From an uncultured Planctomycetaceae bacterium (GTDB taxonomy: Bacteria > Planctomycetota > Planctomycetia > Planctomycetales > Planctomycetaceae), in assembly GCA_963815195.1 (NCBI GenBank), contig CAWFGE010000022.1, positions 288,001 through 352,000 of the forward strand: DNA of 64,000 bases, given 5' to 3'. The first letter of the stretch is position 1. The number at the start of each line of letters is the position of its first letter. This document shows positions 8,811 to 19,629 of the stretch, piece after piece. The notes beneath the pieces were generated by a model, which was not told the origin of the DNA, ran no database searches, and saw only the letters and a list, made by a program, of their open reading frames with translations. A program made the translations under genes and the position numbers.

Positions 8811-10769
8811 TCACATCTGCTCGCAGGTTTCGATGCCTAATAGGTCCAGGCCCGTGGCCAGGACGCGGCCCGTGAGATCACACAGGAGCAGCCGGCTTAC
8901 GCGGAGGTCGCCTTCGGATTTCAGCACCGGGCAGTTCTCGAAGAACGTGCTAAACAGGTTCGCCGTGTCGAACAGATACTGCGTGAGCAGGTTCGGCCGA
9001 TAGTCGGCGGCGGCGTCTTCCAAGGCTTCGCCGAACCGCAACAGTTGCAGAGCCAGCGCCCGCTCGGCGGGGTGAAGGATCGCAAACGTCCCGCCGGCGC
9101 GCCGCACTTCCTCCCGCGTGACGCCGCCTTTGCGGAAGATGCTCGCAACCCGGGCGTAGGAATACTGCATATAAGTGGCTGTGTCGCCTCGCGTGGCGAG
9201 CATTTTGTCCCAATCGAACACATAATCGCTGTCCCGGTTGTGTTTGAGGTCGGCATACTTGATCCCCCCTAAACCCACCTTCTCCGCGACATCGGCCCGC
9301 GCCGCTTCGTCCAACTCCGCCCCGCTGGGCTTGGCGTCATCGTTTTCATCCACGATGTTTCTCGCCCGCGCGATGGATTCATCGAGCAATCCTTCCAAAC
9401 CCACCGTGCCGCCGGAGCGGGTTTTGTAGGGCCGGCCGTCATGGCCCAAAATCGTGCCGAAGCTCACGTGGCAAAACTCTGTCTGTTTGTAGCCCCATTT
9501 TTTCGCCGTCTTAAAGAGCATCTCGAAATGCTCGCTTTGGCGTTTGTCGACGACATAGAGCATGGCGTCGGCGTGGAACTTTTCGTGCCGATATTGGATC
9601 GTCGCCAAATCCGTCGTCGCATAGTTATAAGCCCCGTCCGACTTTCGCACGATAAACGGCGCCTCGTGCCCCTCCAGAAACACGCACTCGGCCCCGTCGC
9701 TTTCCTGCGCGAGGCCTTTGGCTTTGAGATCCTGCACCACATCCGCGAGCATCGGATCGTAAAAACTCTCACCGAGCGTGCAGTCAAAACGAATGTCCAA
9801 GCGGTCGTATATTTCATTGAGAGTCGCCAGGCAATAGGGCAGAAACTCGTCCCAGAGCGCTTTGTTCTCCGCATCCCCCGCGTGAAGTTTGGCCGTCTCT
9901 TCCCGCGAGAGCCGGATGATGTCCGGATGCTGTTTCGCATAGCCGCTAAGCTGCGGCGACTCGTCCACCTCGGCGATCCTCTGTTTTGTGCTTTTGATCT
10001 CGTCTTCCAAGTCGGCGAGCGATTTTCGCTGCTGTTTGAGCTGCTTTTTCGCCTTGCCGTCCTTGGGGTCGGCCGCGTCTTCGAGTTCTTTGAGTGCCGC
10101 CGATTTCTCTTCGTGCAGCGCTTGCAGTTTGGGCAGCGATTCCTTCGCTTCAAAATAATCGCAAAGCTGATTGACGAGTTTATACAGCCGGGCAAGTTCT
10201 TCCACGGGATGTTTTTGGTACGACGCCTCGTCCCGGAAATGCTTGTAGCCGTAGATGATCATCCCGAACTGCGTGCCCCAATCGCCGATGTGGTTGTCGC
10301 CGATCACGCGGTGGCCCAAATAGCCCAAGAGCTTATAGAGCGCCGCCCCGATCACGGTGCTCCGCAGATGGCCCACGTGCATCGGCTTGGCCACATTGGG
10401 CGACGAATAATCGATGACGATGGTTTTGGGATACTCCGCCGCCGGCACGCCCAGCCGATCGTCCGCGAGCATGCGGTTGGTCTGTCGCTCCAGCCAATCG
10501 TCCTTCAGCTTGAGATTGATGAACCCCGGCCCCGCGATTTCCGGTTCCTCGCAGAGGTCCGAAACATCGAGCCGCTCCACGATCTCCGCGGCGACACCCT
10601 GAGGCTTGGCGTCTCGCTCTTTGGCGAGGGACATCGCGCAGTTCGCCTGAAAATCGCCGAATTTGGGATTCTGCGACGGTCGGACCATCGCCACGTAAGG
10701 CTCCGCATCCAGGGTCAAAGGTTCGAGAGCCGCCCGAAACCGCGATTGAAGCTCAGCCAGGATATTCAT
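8811..10769 (-). CDS. argS: Arginine--tRNA ligase
   Basis: FGDFQAN, IAGPGFIN, DYSSPNVAKPMHVGHLRS (HIGH), NHIGDWGTQFG, YATTDLA, YMQYSYAR; start set at MNILAEL. Confidence 0.97.
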   Translation of the reverse strand: MNILAELQSRFRAALEPLTLDAEPYVAMVRPSQNPKFGDFQANCAMSLAKERDAKPQGVAAEIVERLDVSDLCEEPEIAGPGFINLKLKDDWLERQTNRMLADDRLGVPAAEYPKTIVIDYSSPNVAKPMHVGHLRSTVIGAALYKLLGYLGHRVIGDNHIGDWGTQFGMIIYGYKHFRDEASYQKHPVEELARLYKLVNQLCDYFEAKESLPKLQALHEEKSAALKELEDAADPKDGKAKKQLKQQRKSLADLEDEIKSTKQRIAEVDESPQLSGYAKQHPDIIRLSREETAKLHAGDAENKALWDEFLPYCLATLNEIYDRLDIRFDCTLGESFYDPMLADVVQDLKAKGLAQESDGAECVFLEGHEAPFIVRKSDGAYNYATTDLATIQYRHEKFHADAMLYVVDKRQSEHFEMLFKTAKKWGYKQTEFCHVSFGTILGHDGRPYKTRSGGTVGLEGLLDESIARARNIVDENDDAKPSGAELDEAARADVAEKVGLGGIKYADLKHNRDSDYVFDWDKMLATRGDTATYMQYSYARVASIFRKGGVTREEVRRAGGTFAILHPAERALALQLLRFGEALEDAAADYRPNLLTQYLFDTANLFSTFFENCPVLKSEGDLRVSRLLLCDLTGRVLATGLDLLGIETCEQM

Positions 10770-11067
10770 AACACTTCGATGGGTGATGAAAAAAGAGATC
10801 GGCAAAACCGCGTCAAGTATAGAGACCGGACCAAACGCCGTTAACCGTGCCGACCCGAAATCTGCACCGGCCGAGTTTGGACCTCTGTCTCGACCCGCAA
10901 AAATGGCCGCGGGTTCACGAAGTTCCGGCGAGTGGGATTCCCAAACGCCGACGGAGATTTCGGCCCGGAAAGAATCTCCTAAAATTTTTGACATTCCTCA
11001 CTTAGACGCTCCTGGCCCGCCGAAAACGGGCTTGTGGCGCAAATGACTCGGGTATGGTAGAGAGTCT

Positions 11068-11145
11068 TGGCACGCCCCTGAGCCTCAGCGAAGGGCGTGG
11101 CCGTTGCAAAGATCACGCCCTTCGTGCCTCAGGGCGTGCCACCCA
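11068..11145. repeat. REP-like palindromic family B
   Basis: CCCTGAGCCTCAGCGAAGGGCGTGG...CACGCCCTTCGTGCCTCAGGGCGTGCCACCCA; near-identical copy at 20591-20672. Confidence 0.9.
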
Positions 11146-11299
11146 GCGCCAACGTCCTTGAAGCACACTTTCTCAGCGAACCGGCAACCGATGATGGACG
11201 GTTCCCGGTCCTGGTGTTACTCTGAGAAGTACACAAACACCGCGAACCAACGACTGTGTGTTTCGAAAAGTCAGCCTGCGCACCCGAACTCGTGAACCG

Positions 11300-11320
11300 C
11301 ACTGGCGGAGCCAGTGGCAC
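11300..11320. repeat. REP-like family C (CACTGGC-N-GCCAGTGGCAC)
   Basis: Short palindrome; related inverted pair at 38055-38169. Confidence 0.65.
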
Positions 11321-11406
11321 AGGGAAAGAAACGCGGGACACCAGCGACATTCGGTATGGAAAAAACTCACCAATTTTCGTGAAACGGGAACCGAGGAGTT
11401 TTCATT

Positions 11407-12387
11407 ATGAAGCCCCCTTTGACTTTTCGCCGCCGATTGTTTCCCGTCGTGATGGCGGTGTGTTGCACTTTGGGGTTGGGCTTGGTGGGGATGATTCCGT
11501 CCGCGGCGGCTCAGGAGAAATTGCCCAAGCCGAAGGAATCCGCCAAGCCGAAGCGGGAATGGCCTTGGAAGACCGGGGACGAGGTGTTTCAGCTCGTCAC
11601 GGTCGAGAAGAATTCCAAGTTCCTGGTGCAAGGGCTGGCTTTTGAAACGAAGAATCGGTTCAAGCTGCTTTCCCATCTGACGATGCGGGTCAGTCCTTTC
11701 GATCACAGCCTGACGATCACGCAGAAAGTGGACACCACCCGCTACGAAACCGCGGACGACCTCTCCAAGGCGATGTTCGAAAAGCTGCTCAAAGACCTGA
11801 CGGGCAAGACGATCACGATCCGCGTGGGCGCGGACGGCGAAGTCGCCCGCATCGAAGGCGTCCCCGAACCGCAGGCGGCGACTGTGAACGGCTTGGACGT
11901 TCGCGGGGTGATGCTCAATTCGCTGATCGATGAGGACGGCTGGAAGGAACTCACAAAGGCGACCCTCTTCGCGCCGCCGATGATGCTCGCAAAAGATGCG
12001 ACCTGGAAAGAACCGCTGACCCATAGCTGGGGACCCTTGGGGTCTTGGAAAGGCGAATCGATCTTCCGCTTCGACGGGGAACGCGAAAACCTCCAATCCG
12101 TTCCGTACAAACTCATTCTCAAGTACCAACCCCCGGCCGCCGCGGCTCCGAATCAAAACACGCTGCCGTTCAAAATCTTCGCGCCCAGGTTCCGCACGAA
12201 AACGGCCGAAGGCTTGCTCACGTACGATCCCGCCAAACACCGGCTGTCGAAAATGGCGGAGACGTTTCACGTCGTCGGGCAAATGCAAATGCAAATCGCC
12301 GGGCAAAAAATCCCGCTCCAACTCGAAGAGAGCCAGGAGTTCGAATTGGAACTCTTCGACGAACGGCCGCCGCCGGAGAAACGCTGA
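11407..12387 (+). CDS. Exported hypothetical protein (DUF6263-like, beta-rich)
   Basis: GAGGAG RBS, signal peptide ending AAA-QE, coding-like codon usage. Confidence 0.7.
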   Translation: MKPPLTFRRRLFPVVMAVCCTLGLGLVGMIPSAAAQEKLPKPKESAKPKREWPWKTGDEVFQLVTVEKNSKFLVQGLAFETKNRFKLLSHLTMRVSPFDHSLTITQKVDTTRYETADDLSKAMFEKLLKDLTGKTITIRVGADGEVARIEGVPEPQAATVNGLDVRGVMLNSLIDEDGWKELTKATLFAPPMMLAKDATWKEPLTHSWGPLGSWKGESIFRFDGERENLQSVPYKLILKYQPPAAAAPNQNTLPFKIFAPRFRTKTAEGLLTYDPAKHRLSKMAETFHVVGQMQMQIAGQKIPLQLEESQEFELELFDERPPPEKR

Positions 12388-12422
12388 GTTACCGTTGCCG
12401 ATTTTGCGCGATCCCGCGCGGG

Positions 12423-12584
12423 GAAATTCGAAATCCGAATCTCGAAATCCGAAATAAATGGCAATGACCAAAATGCCAATGTCCGAACTCTGGTGGCCCG
12501 CTGTCTTTGAAGGGATCTGTTTAGAACATTCGGATTTGGGATTTTGGGTTTGTTTCGGATTTCGAATTTCGTGCTTCGGATTTT
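12423..12584. repeat. AT-rich imperfect palindrome of 7-nt units (GAAATCC/GAAATTC)
   Basis: Arms ~12423-12488 and ~12519-12584 are inverted and share heptamer periodicity. Confidence 0.85.
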
Positions 12585-12620
12585 CATCCCAAACTCGCAG
12601 GATTGCACTAAACCACAGTC

Positions 12621-13499
12621 ATGTTTGGATTATTGAATATCAACAAACCCGAGGGCCTCACGTCGCGGAAGGTCGTGGATCACGTCCAACGGCTCGTCCG
12701 GCCCGCCAAAGCGGGGCATGCGGGGACGCTCGATCCCTTGGCGACCGGCGTGCTCGTCGTGTGCATCGGGCCGGCGACGCGGTTGATTTCGCTGGTGCAA
12801 GAACGGCCGAAAACATACCGAGCAACATTTCGCCTCGGCTGCCAAAGCGATACCGATGACATCACCGGGATTGTGGAAACGGTGCCGAACGCGGCCCAGG
12901 TGTCGCGCGGAGAAATCGAAGCGGCCTTGCCGGAGTTCACCGGCCAGATCGAGCAGGTCCCGCCGCAGTTCTCGGCCGTGCACGTCCAAGGCAAGCGGGC
13001 TTACGAATTGGCCCGCCAAGGCCAGGCGGTGGACATCGCCCCCAAAACGGTGGAGGTTTATCGCATCGATTTGTTGGCTTACGACTGGCCGGAGTTGGAG
13101 TTGGAAATCGAATGCGGATCGGGAACTTATATCCGCTCCATCGGCCGCGATTTGGGACAAAAACTCGGCTGCGGGGCGGTAATGACCGCATTGGTCCGCA
13201 CGCGAATTGGCCCCTTCAATCTGGCCGAGGCTGTTTCGCTCGATGATCTCGATAAGGACAGCTTGCCGGCGTCGTTGATCTCTCCGCGAAAGGCCGTGGA
13301 GCATCTGCCGCGTTATCAAGCCGACGAAAACGAATGCCGGCGTCTCAAACAAGGCCAGCGCATTCCGGTGCAACAACCCTTCAACGTTTCACCGGCGGAA
13401 CAAGTCGCCATCGTCACAGAGTCCGACGAACTGGCCGCGTTGGCGGAATTCGATCCCGAAACAAATGAATTGCGACCGCGGCAGGTCTTTCTGAAATGA
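12621..13499 (+). CDS. truB: tRNA pseudouridine(55) synthase TruB
   Basis: GLLNINKPEG, GHAGTLDPLATGVL, QVPPQFSA, CGSGTYIRS, LVRTRIGPF. Confidence 0.97.
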   Translation: MFGLLNINKPEGLTSRKVVDHVQRLVRPAKAGHAGTLDPLATGVLVVCIGPATRLISLVQERPKTYRATFRLGCQSDTDDITGIVETVPNAAQVSRGEIEAALPEFTGQIEQVPPQFSAVHVQGKRAYELARQGQAVDIAPKTVEVYRIDLLAYDWPELELEIECGSGTYIRSIGRDLGQKLGCGAVMTALVRTRIGPFNLAEAVSLDDLDKDSLPASLISPRKAVEHLPRYQADENECRRLKQGQRIPVQQPFNVSPAEQVAIVTESDELAALAEFDPETNELRPRQVFLK

Positions 13500-13515
13500 T
13501 CGGCTTGTAGAAATC

Positions 13516-13573
13516 ACCGCTGACTTCGTGCGCGGCTCTTTGGCGGGACAGAGCCGCGCACGAAGTCAGCGGT
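13516..13573. repeat. REP-like family A inverted doublet
   Basis: Perfect 24-bp arms 13516-13539 and 13550-13573. Confidence 0.92.
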
Positions 13574-13667
13574 CCGCGTCTCGCTTGCGAACGCCGGCTT
13601 GCGCTGTACCATGATTTCAGACGTTTCTCCCTGTGATTTGACATCTCAAGCCGATTTGGAGTTTCCC

Positions 13668-14678
13668 ATGAGACGCTCGCTGTTGTTGTTGGCCGGTGTG
13701 TTGGCGATGCTTTCGGGCCAGGCGGTCAGCCCGGCCCAGGAGACCTTGGGCAAAATCGTCCGCATGGATCCCGCGTTCGACAAGCTGATCCCCAAGAATG
13801 CCAAGATGGAAATCCTCGCCAAGGGCTTCGCCTGGAGCGAAGGTCCCGTGTGGGTGAAAGACGACGCCGGCGGGCATTTGCTGTTCTCCGACATTCCCCG
13901 CAACTCGGTCTTCCAATGGAAAGAAGGCCAGGGCATCAGCTTATTCCTCCGCCCCTCCGGCTACACCGGGGCCGAGTTTTATGGCCTCGAACCGGGCTGC
14001 AACGGGTTGCTCTTGGATTCCAAAGGGCAACTCGTCTCCTGCGAGCATGGCGATCGGCGGGTGTCGGTGTTGACCAAAGGCGGCGGCAAACGCACGCTCG
14101 TCGACAACTACCAGGGCAAACGCCTCAACAGCCCCAACGACGGCTGCTTCAAATCCAACGGCGACTTGTATTTCACCGATCCGATCTACGGCCTGCCCAA
14201 CCGCTGGGACGATCCCCGGCGGGAACTCGATTTCTGCGGCGTATATCGGCTCTCCCAAGACGGCAAGCTCACGCTGCTCACTGATGAGATGACCCGCCCC
14301 AATGGGATCGCGTTTTCGCCCGATGAGAAAACCTTGTACGTGGCCCAATCCGATCCCGAAGCCGCGATCTGGAAGGCGTTCCCCGTCAAAGCCGACGGCA
14401 CGCTGGGCAAGAGCAAGCCGTTTTATGACGCGACGCAAAACGTCGACAAGCTGCCGGGCCTGCCGGACGGAATGAAAGTCGACAAAGCCGGCAACCTATT
14501 TGCCACCGGGCCGGGCGGCGTCTATGTGTTCTCCCCGGACGCGAAACTCCTCGGCCGATTGGACACCGGCGAACGCACCGCGAACGTCGGCTGGGGCAAC
14601 GACGGCACCGTGCTTTACATCTGTGCCGACAGCTACCTCTGCCGCATCCAGACGATCACCAAAGGGGCCGGCTGGTAG
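13668..14678 (+). CDS. SMP-30/gluconolactonase/LRE family protein, exported
   Basis: Signal peptide; WSEGPVW, LLFSDIP, LNSPND, YFTDP.YGL, PNGIAFSPD, PDGMKVD. Confidence 0.93.
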   Translation: MRRSLLLLAGVLAMLSGQAVSPAQETLGKIVRMDPAFDKLIPKNAKMEILAKGFAWSEGPVWVKDDAGGHLLFSDIPRNSVFQWKEGQGISLFLRPSGYTGAEFYGLEPGCNGLLLDSKGQLVSCEHGDRRVSVLTKGGGKRTLVDNYQGKRLNSPNDGCFKSNGDLYFTDPIYGLPNRWDDPRRELDFCGVYRLSQDGKLTLLTDEMTRPNGIAFSPDEKTLYVAQSDPEAAIWKAFPVKADGTLGKSKPFYDATQNVDKLPGLPDGMKVDKAGNLFATGPGGVYVFSPDAKLLGRLDTGERTANVGWGNDGTVLYICADSYLCRIQTITKGAGW

Positions 14679-14680
14679 TC

Positions 14681-14705
14681 ACCGGCGGCTAGCGCCAGCC
14701 GCTCA
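14681..14705. repeat. REP-like family F (CGGCGGCTAGCGCC(C)AGCCGCTCA)
   Basis: Near-identical copy at ~47651-47675; diverged inverted copy at 20371-20408. Confidence 0.65.
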
Positions 14706-14794
14706 CTTTCGGAGGCATGGTTTGAAGGCCTGCGCTGCGGTAAGATTCGGTTTGACAACAGACGCCAATCGAATCCGCAGCGCGGGAACAGAGC

Positions 14795-17700
14795 ATGCAC
14801 CAGCCGTGGGAGTTTTGGATTGATGTGGGGGGCACCTTTACCGACTGCATTGCCCGCTCGCCGGACGATCAACTTCATACGTTTAAGACGCTGAGTTCCG
14901 GCGTCGCCAAGGGCCGCATCGGCCCGCTGCATTCCACCGGCTTTACGGATGAATCGACGCGGAACGCGCCGCCCGATTTCTGGAAAGGTTTTGTCTGCCG
15001 AGTTCTCAGCGAGAGCGGGGAGATCATTTATCGAAGCTCCGTGGCCGCGTTCGATTCCTCGACCGGCCGCTTTGATTTCGGCGATCCGCTGCCGGATGCC
15101 AGCGAAACCGGAATGGCCTACGAGCTTCAATCCGAGGCCTCCGCTCCCGTGCTCGCGATGCGGTGGATTTTGGGGCTGACGCTGGACGATCCCATACCGC
15201 CCTTGATTGTCAAGCTCGGCACGACGCGCGGCACCAATGCCCTATTGGAACGCCGGGGCGCGAGAACCGCGTTTATCACGACCCGCGGGTTTCGCGATGT
15301 GCTGCTCATCGGCAATCAAGATCGGCCGCGGCTGTTCGATCTCGCGATCCAAAAACCCGCGCCTTTGTTCGAGCAGGTGATCGAAATCGAGGAACGTCTT
15401 AGCGTCGAAGGTGGTGTTCTGCGATCGCCCGAGGAATCCCTGATTCGCAAACAAATGGAGGAACTGAAAGCGACGGGCGTGCAATCGGTCGCCATCTGTT
15501 TGCTGCATTCCTTCAAGAATCCTGCGCACGAAGAACTCGTGGAACGGCTCGCGCGGGAGGCGGGGTTTGAGGAAATCAGCCGCTCCAGTCGCTTGTCGCC
15601 ATTGATCAAGATCGTCTCCCGCGGCGACACGACGGTGATGGATGCGTATCTGAATCCGATCCTCCGCAGCTACGTCGCGGGCATTCGGGAATCGCTGCAC
15701 GGCGAGAGCCATCTCAAGATGATGACCTCCGCGGGCGGGCTGGTCGATGCGGATTTTTTTGTAGGCAAAGACAGCATTCTCTCCGGGCCGGCGGGCGGCG
15801 TGATCGGCTTTTCCCGCGTGGCGGAGCGGGCGGGCTTTCTGAAATCCATCGGCTTCGACATGGGCGGCACGAGCACCGATGTCTCACGGTACGACGGCGT
15901 TTACGAGCGGGAGTTCGAAACCCAAAAAGCTGGCGTGCGCGTGGTCGCTCCGATGCTCGCGATCGAAACCGTGGCCGCGGGCGGCGGGAGCATCTGCCGC
16001 TTCGACGGCGTCAAACTCGCCGTGGGTCCGGAAAGCGCGGGAGCCGATCCGGGGCCCGCATGTTACGGCCGCGGCGGCCCTTTGACGGTGACCGACGTGA
16101 ACCTGTTTCTCGGAAAGATTCTGCCCCGCCGGTTTCCGTTTCCGCTGGATCAGGGCATCGTCCGCCAGCGGCTGGAAACTCTCTGCGAAGAGATCGCCCA
16201 TTCGCCGATGGGCAAACGGTATACGCCCGCGGAATTGGCGGAAGGCTTTGTGAGCATCGCCAACGCCAACATGGTGCGGGCGATCCGCAAAATCTCCGTC
16301 GCCAAGGGTTACGATCCGGCGGATTATGCGCTGGTCACCTTCGGCGGCGCGGGCGGGCAACATGCCTGCGCGCTCGCGCGGGAGTTGGGCATTCGTTCGA
16401 TTCTTTTGCATCCGTTCGCGGGGATTTTGAGCGCTTATGGAATCGGCCTCGCCGATGTCCGCCGGTTCAAAGAGCAAGGCGTGCTCAAAGCATTAACTCC
16501 ACAAACGCTGGAAGAACTCGGATCCGTCTTCGCGGAACTTGAATCCATCGCCCTCCATGAAGTTCGCGAGGAAGGCATTCCGGCGGAGCGGATCGCGCGG
16601 CCCCAGCGGTCTTGCGATCTCCGCTACCTCGGCATCGAAGCCGCGATCAACGTGCCGCTCCCTCGCGATCGAACATCGAGCGAACAAACCACAAAAGAGT
16701 TGATCGCCCGCTACGAAGCCCAGCATCAGCAACTCTACGGCTATTTACACAAACAGCGCGCCATCGAAATCACCGCGGTTCGCGTGGAAGTTGTGGGCCG
16801 CATGACCGAACCGCCGTTGGCTTTAGAAGCCATCAAACGCCGCCGGCCCGAACCCAGCGAGATCTGCCCGGTCGTCTTCCAAGGCCAAGAGCTTCCGACG
16901 CCGGTCTTTCTGCGATCGGATCTGCACGCCGGCGATGAACTCCCCGGCCCCGCGATCGTGTGCGAACCGACTTCGACGATCGTCATCGACCCCGGCTTTG
17001 CGGCAGCGATTACCGAGCACGGCGACGTCCTCATTCAGCGGTCCGAGGAGTTTGAACAGGGGGAGATCGGGAGAGGGGGAGATCGGGAGAGTTCGCATCA
17101 ACGGACCGCGGACAAAGAGGCCGACCCGGTGATGCTGGAGATCTTCAACAATCTCTTCGCTTCGATTGCGGAGCAGATGGGGGCGGCCCTTCAGCGGACT
17201 TCGTTTTCCACGAACGTCAAAGAGCGGCTCGATTTTAGTTGTGCGATTTTCGATCCGGCGGGCAATCTCGTGGTGAATGCTCCGCATATCCCCGTGCACT
17301 TGGGGGCGATGAGCGAAACGGTCAAACGCATCCTCCAGGACTCCGGGCCGGCAATGGTCCCGGGCGATGTGTTTATCACGAACGACCCTTACCGCGGGGG
17401 CTCGCATCTGCCGGATGTGACCGTGGTCACGCCGGTTTATGAGGAAGATCAACTGGTGTTCTTCACGGCGAGCCGGCGCATCATGCGGAGATCGGCGGCA
17501 TCGTGCCGGGCAGCATGCCGCCTTTCTCGAAGAACCTCGCGGAAGAAGGCGTGTTGATTCGGAACTTTAAGCTTTTGGAAGCCGGCGAGTCGCGGGAAGA
17601 TCAACTCAAAGAGCTCTTGCTCTCCGGGCCTTATCCCACACGCTCGGTGCAGGATAACCTCGCGGATGTCTCCGCCCAAGTCGCGGCGAACAACAGCGGC

Positions 17701-18705
17701 GTTCGGCAACTCAAAAACCTGGTGTCGCGGTATTCGCTGCCCGTCGTGCAGGCTTACATGGGACACATCCAGCGGGCCGCTGCCGAGAAAATGCGGCTGG
17801 CCCTCCGCGAGATTCCCGATGGAACCTATTCGCTCACCGACCATCTCGACAACGGCTCGCCGATCGCGGTGAGCATCAACATCACCGGCGACCGGGCCAC
17901 GGTGGATTTCACGGGGACCGGGCCGGTGTTGTTCCCGCGGGGCGAATCGCAAAACTCGGACCTTCAAAGTTATAACCTGAACGCCAACCGGGCGATTGTG
18001 ACCGCGGCGGTGCTGTATGTGTTTCGCTGTTTGATTGCAGAAGACATCCCGCTCAACAGCGGCGTGTTGGAGCCGGTGGAGATCATGCTCCCGGAGTGTC
18101 TGCTCAACCCGCCGGAGCATGATGACCCCGCGAAATGCGCAGCCGTGGTCGGCGGGAACGTGGAGACTTCGCAGCGCGTGGTCGATGTGCTGTTGGGGGC
18201 GCTTCAGGTCGCAGCGGCGAGTCAGGGCACGATGAACAACCTCACCTTTGGCAACGAGACCTTCGGGTATTACGAAACGATCTGCGGCGGCAGCGGCGCG
18301 ACGCCGAACGCCGACGGCGCGGACGGCGTGCACACGCACATGACGAACACCCGCCTCACCGATGCCGAGGTGATGGAACGCCGGTATCCGGTGCGCGTGC
18401 TGGAGTTTTCTTTAAGGCCGAACTCCGGCGGGCAAGGTGTGCACCCTGGCGGAGCGGGGATCGTCCGCCGGTTGGAATTTTTGCGGCCGCTCCAGGTCTC
18501 GATGCTTTCCGAACGCCGGGGCCCCGACCCGCCGTTCGGTTTGAAAGGCGGCGGCTCTGGCGAATTGGGACGAAATCAACTCCTGCGGAAAGGAGCCCGC
18601 GAACCTGTCGACTTGGGCGGAAAGTTCGCGATTGATGTTGAGCCCGGCGATGTCCTGATCATTGAAACTCCCGGCGGCGGCGGGTTTGGGGAATGTTCCG
18701 ATTAG
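14795..18705 (+). CDS. Fused 5-oxoprolinase (hydantoinase A + B domains); apparent frameshift near 17476
   Basis: WIDVGGTFTD, GTTRGTNALLER, DMGGTSTDVS, ETVAAGGGS, NVKERLDFSCA, YYETICGGSGA, HTHMTNTRLTD, ETPGGGGFG; adding one G restores ASRAHHAEIGG. Confidence 0.92.
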
Positions 18706-18841
18706 ACTGGCGCGATTCGGCATTCCTGGGCAATCTCATCCAAAATGAATTGGCGATTTCGAGCGAAATGGTGTTAAATGTCGAGTAGCCTCTGAACGAA
18801 AACGCAAGAATCCGAACATCCATGCAGAACAGGAGTCCTTC

Positions 18842-19300
18842 ATGCGAAACTCCGTCGCCGCCCTTGCTTTGATTCATCGGGAAGTCGATGGGCAAAAGCA
18901 ATGGTTGGCGCGCTGGAAGAAGAACTGGAAGTCTTTTTCGTTTTCGTTCATCGGTGGAACCAGGCAGGACGGGGAATCGTTTCGAGAATGTTTGACCCGG
19001 CGTGTGGCGGAGGAATTGGGATTGGTCCCGGAGGCGGATTTTCAGGTCGCGGAAAAACCGCACGCGCATCTGGAATACTCGGCTCTCGCAGAAGGCAGCC
19101 GGGCGAAAACGGCGAACACGATCGAGTTGTATTCGCTGACGCTCCAAGGCGACTTTTGCCACGAGAAGATCGACGGCGACGCGGACAACCGCTGGTTGCT
19201 GCCTGCGGAGATTAAGAACTCGTCCACAAACGACGGCCGCGCGATCAGTGGGACCATGGCCCTGCTTCTGGAAATGGCGGGGTTGCTTTCCGAGTCGTAA
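18842..19300 (+). CDS. NUDIX-fold protein with a degenerate Nudix box
   Basis: AGGAG RBS; GGTRQDGESFRECLTRRVAEELGL resembles GX5EX7REUXEEXGU. Confidence 0.75.
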   Translation: MRNSVAALALIHREVDGQKQWLARWKKNWKSFSFSFIGGTRQDGESFRECLTRRVAEELGLVPEADFQVAEKPHAHLEYSALAEGSRAKTANTIELYSLTLQGDFCHEKIDGDADNRWLLPAEIKNSSTNDGRAISGTMALLLEMAGLLSES

Positions 19301-19354
19301 GGGCGGCATCTTGCCGCGTCGGTCGAACTCGACGGCTGGAAGCCGCCGCGACGA
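19295..19354. repeat. GTAG-type REP-like inverted pair (degenerate)
   Basis: CGTAAGGGCGGCATCTTGCCGCGTCG / CGACGGCTGGAAGCCGCCGCGACG; related to 57732-57804. Confidence 0.55.
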
Positions 19355-19629
19355 GAGTTCGGAGATTCCAATTGAAACGGTTGTGAGGATCTTGCGGATC
19401 GCCCGGCGGGTTTTGGACCTTAGAACCGCTGCGGGTTGAACAACCGGACCACTCCGCCGATTCGCGGCGAGTTCCTCTGGTTTGGATGAGCGGGCGGGGC
19501 CGGCGGGTCCGATTGTAATTGCTGAATCGCCTTCACCCGTTTCAACAATCGCCGGTCTTCGCCCGATTCTCTCTCCTGTGCCGTGATTGCACGGAATGGC
19601 GCGGGGACCAATTCAAAGGAATGGACCGC

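Noticed and set aside
10770..11000. T-box or other leader upstream of argS
   Set aside because: No T-box motif or terminator recognised; only one short long-range complement (CCGAAATCT/AGATTTCGG).
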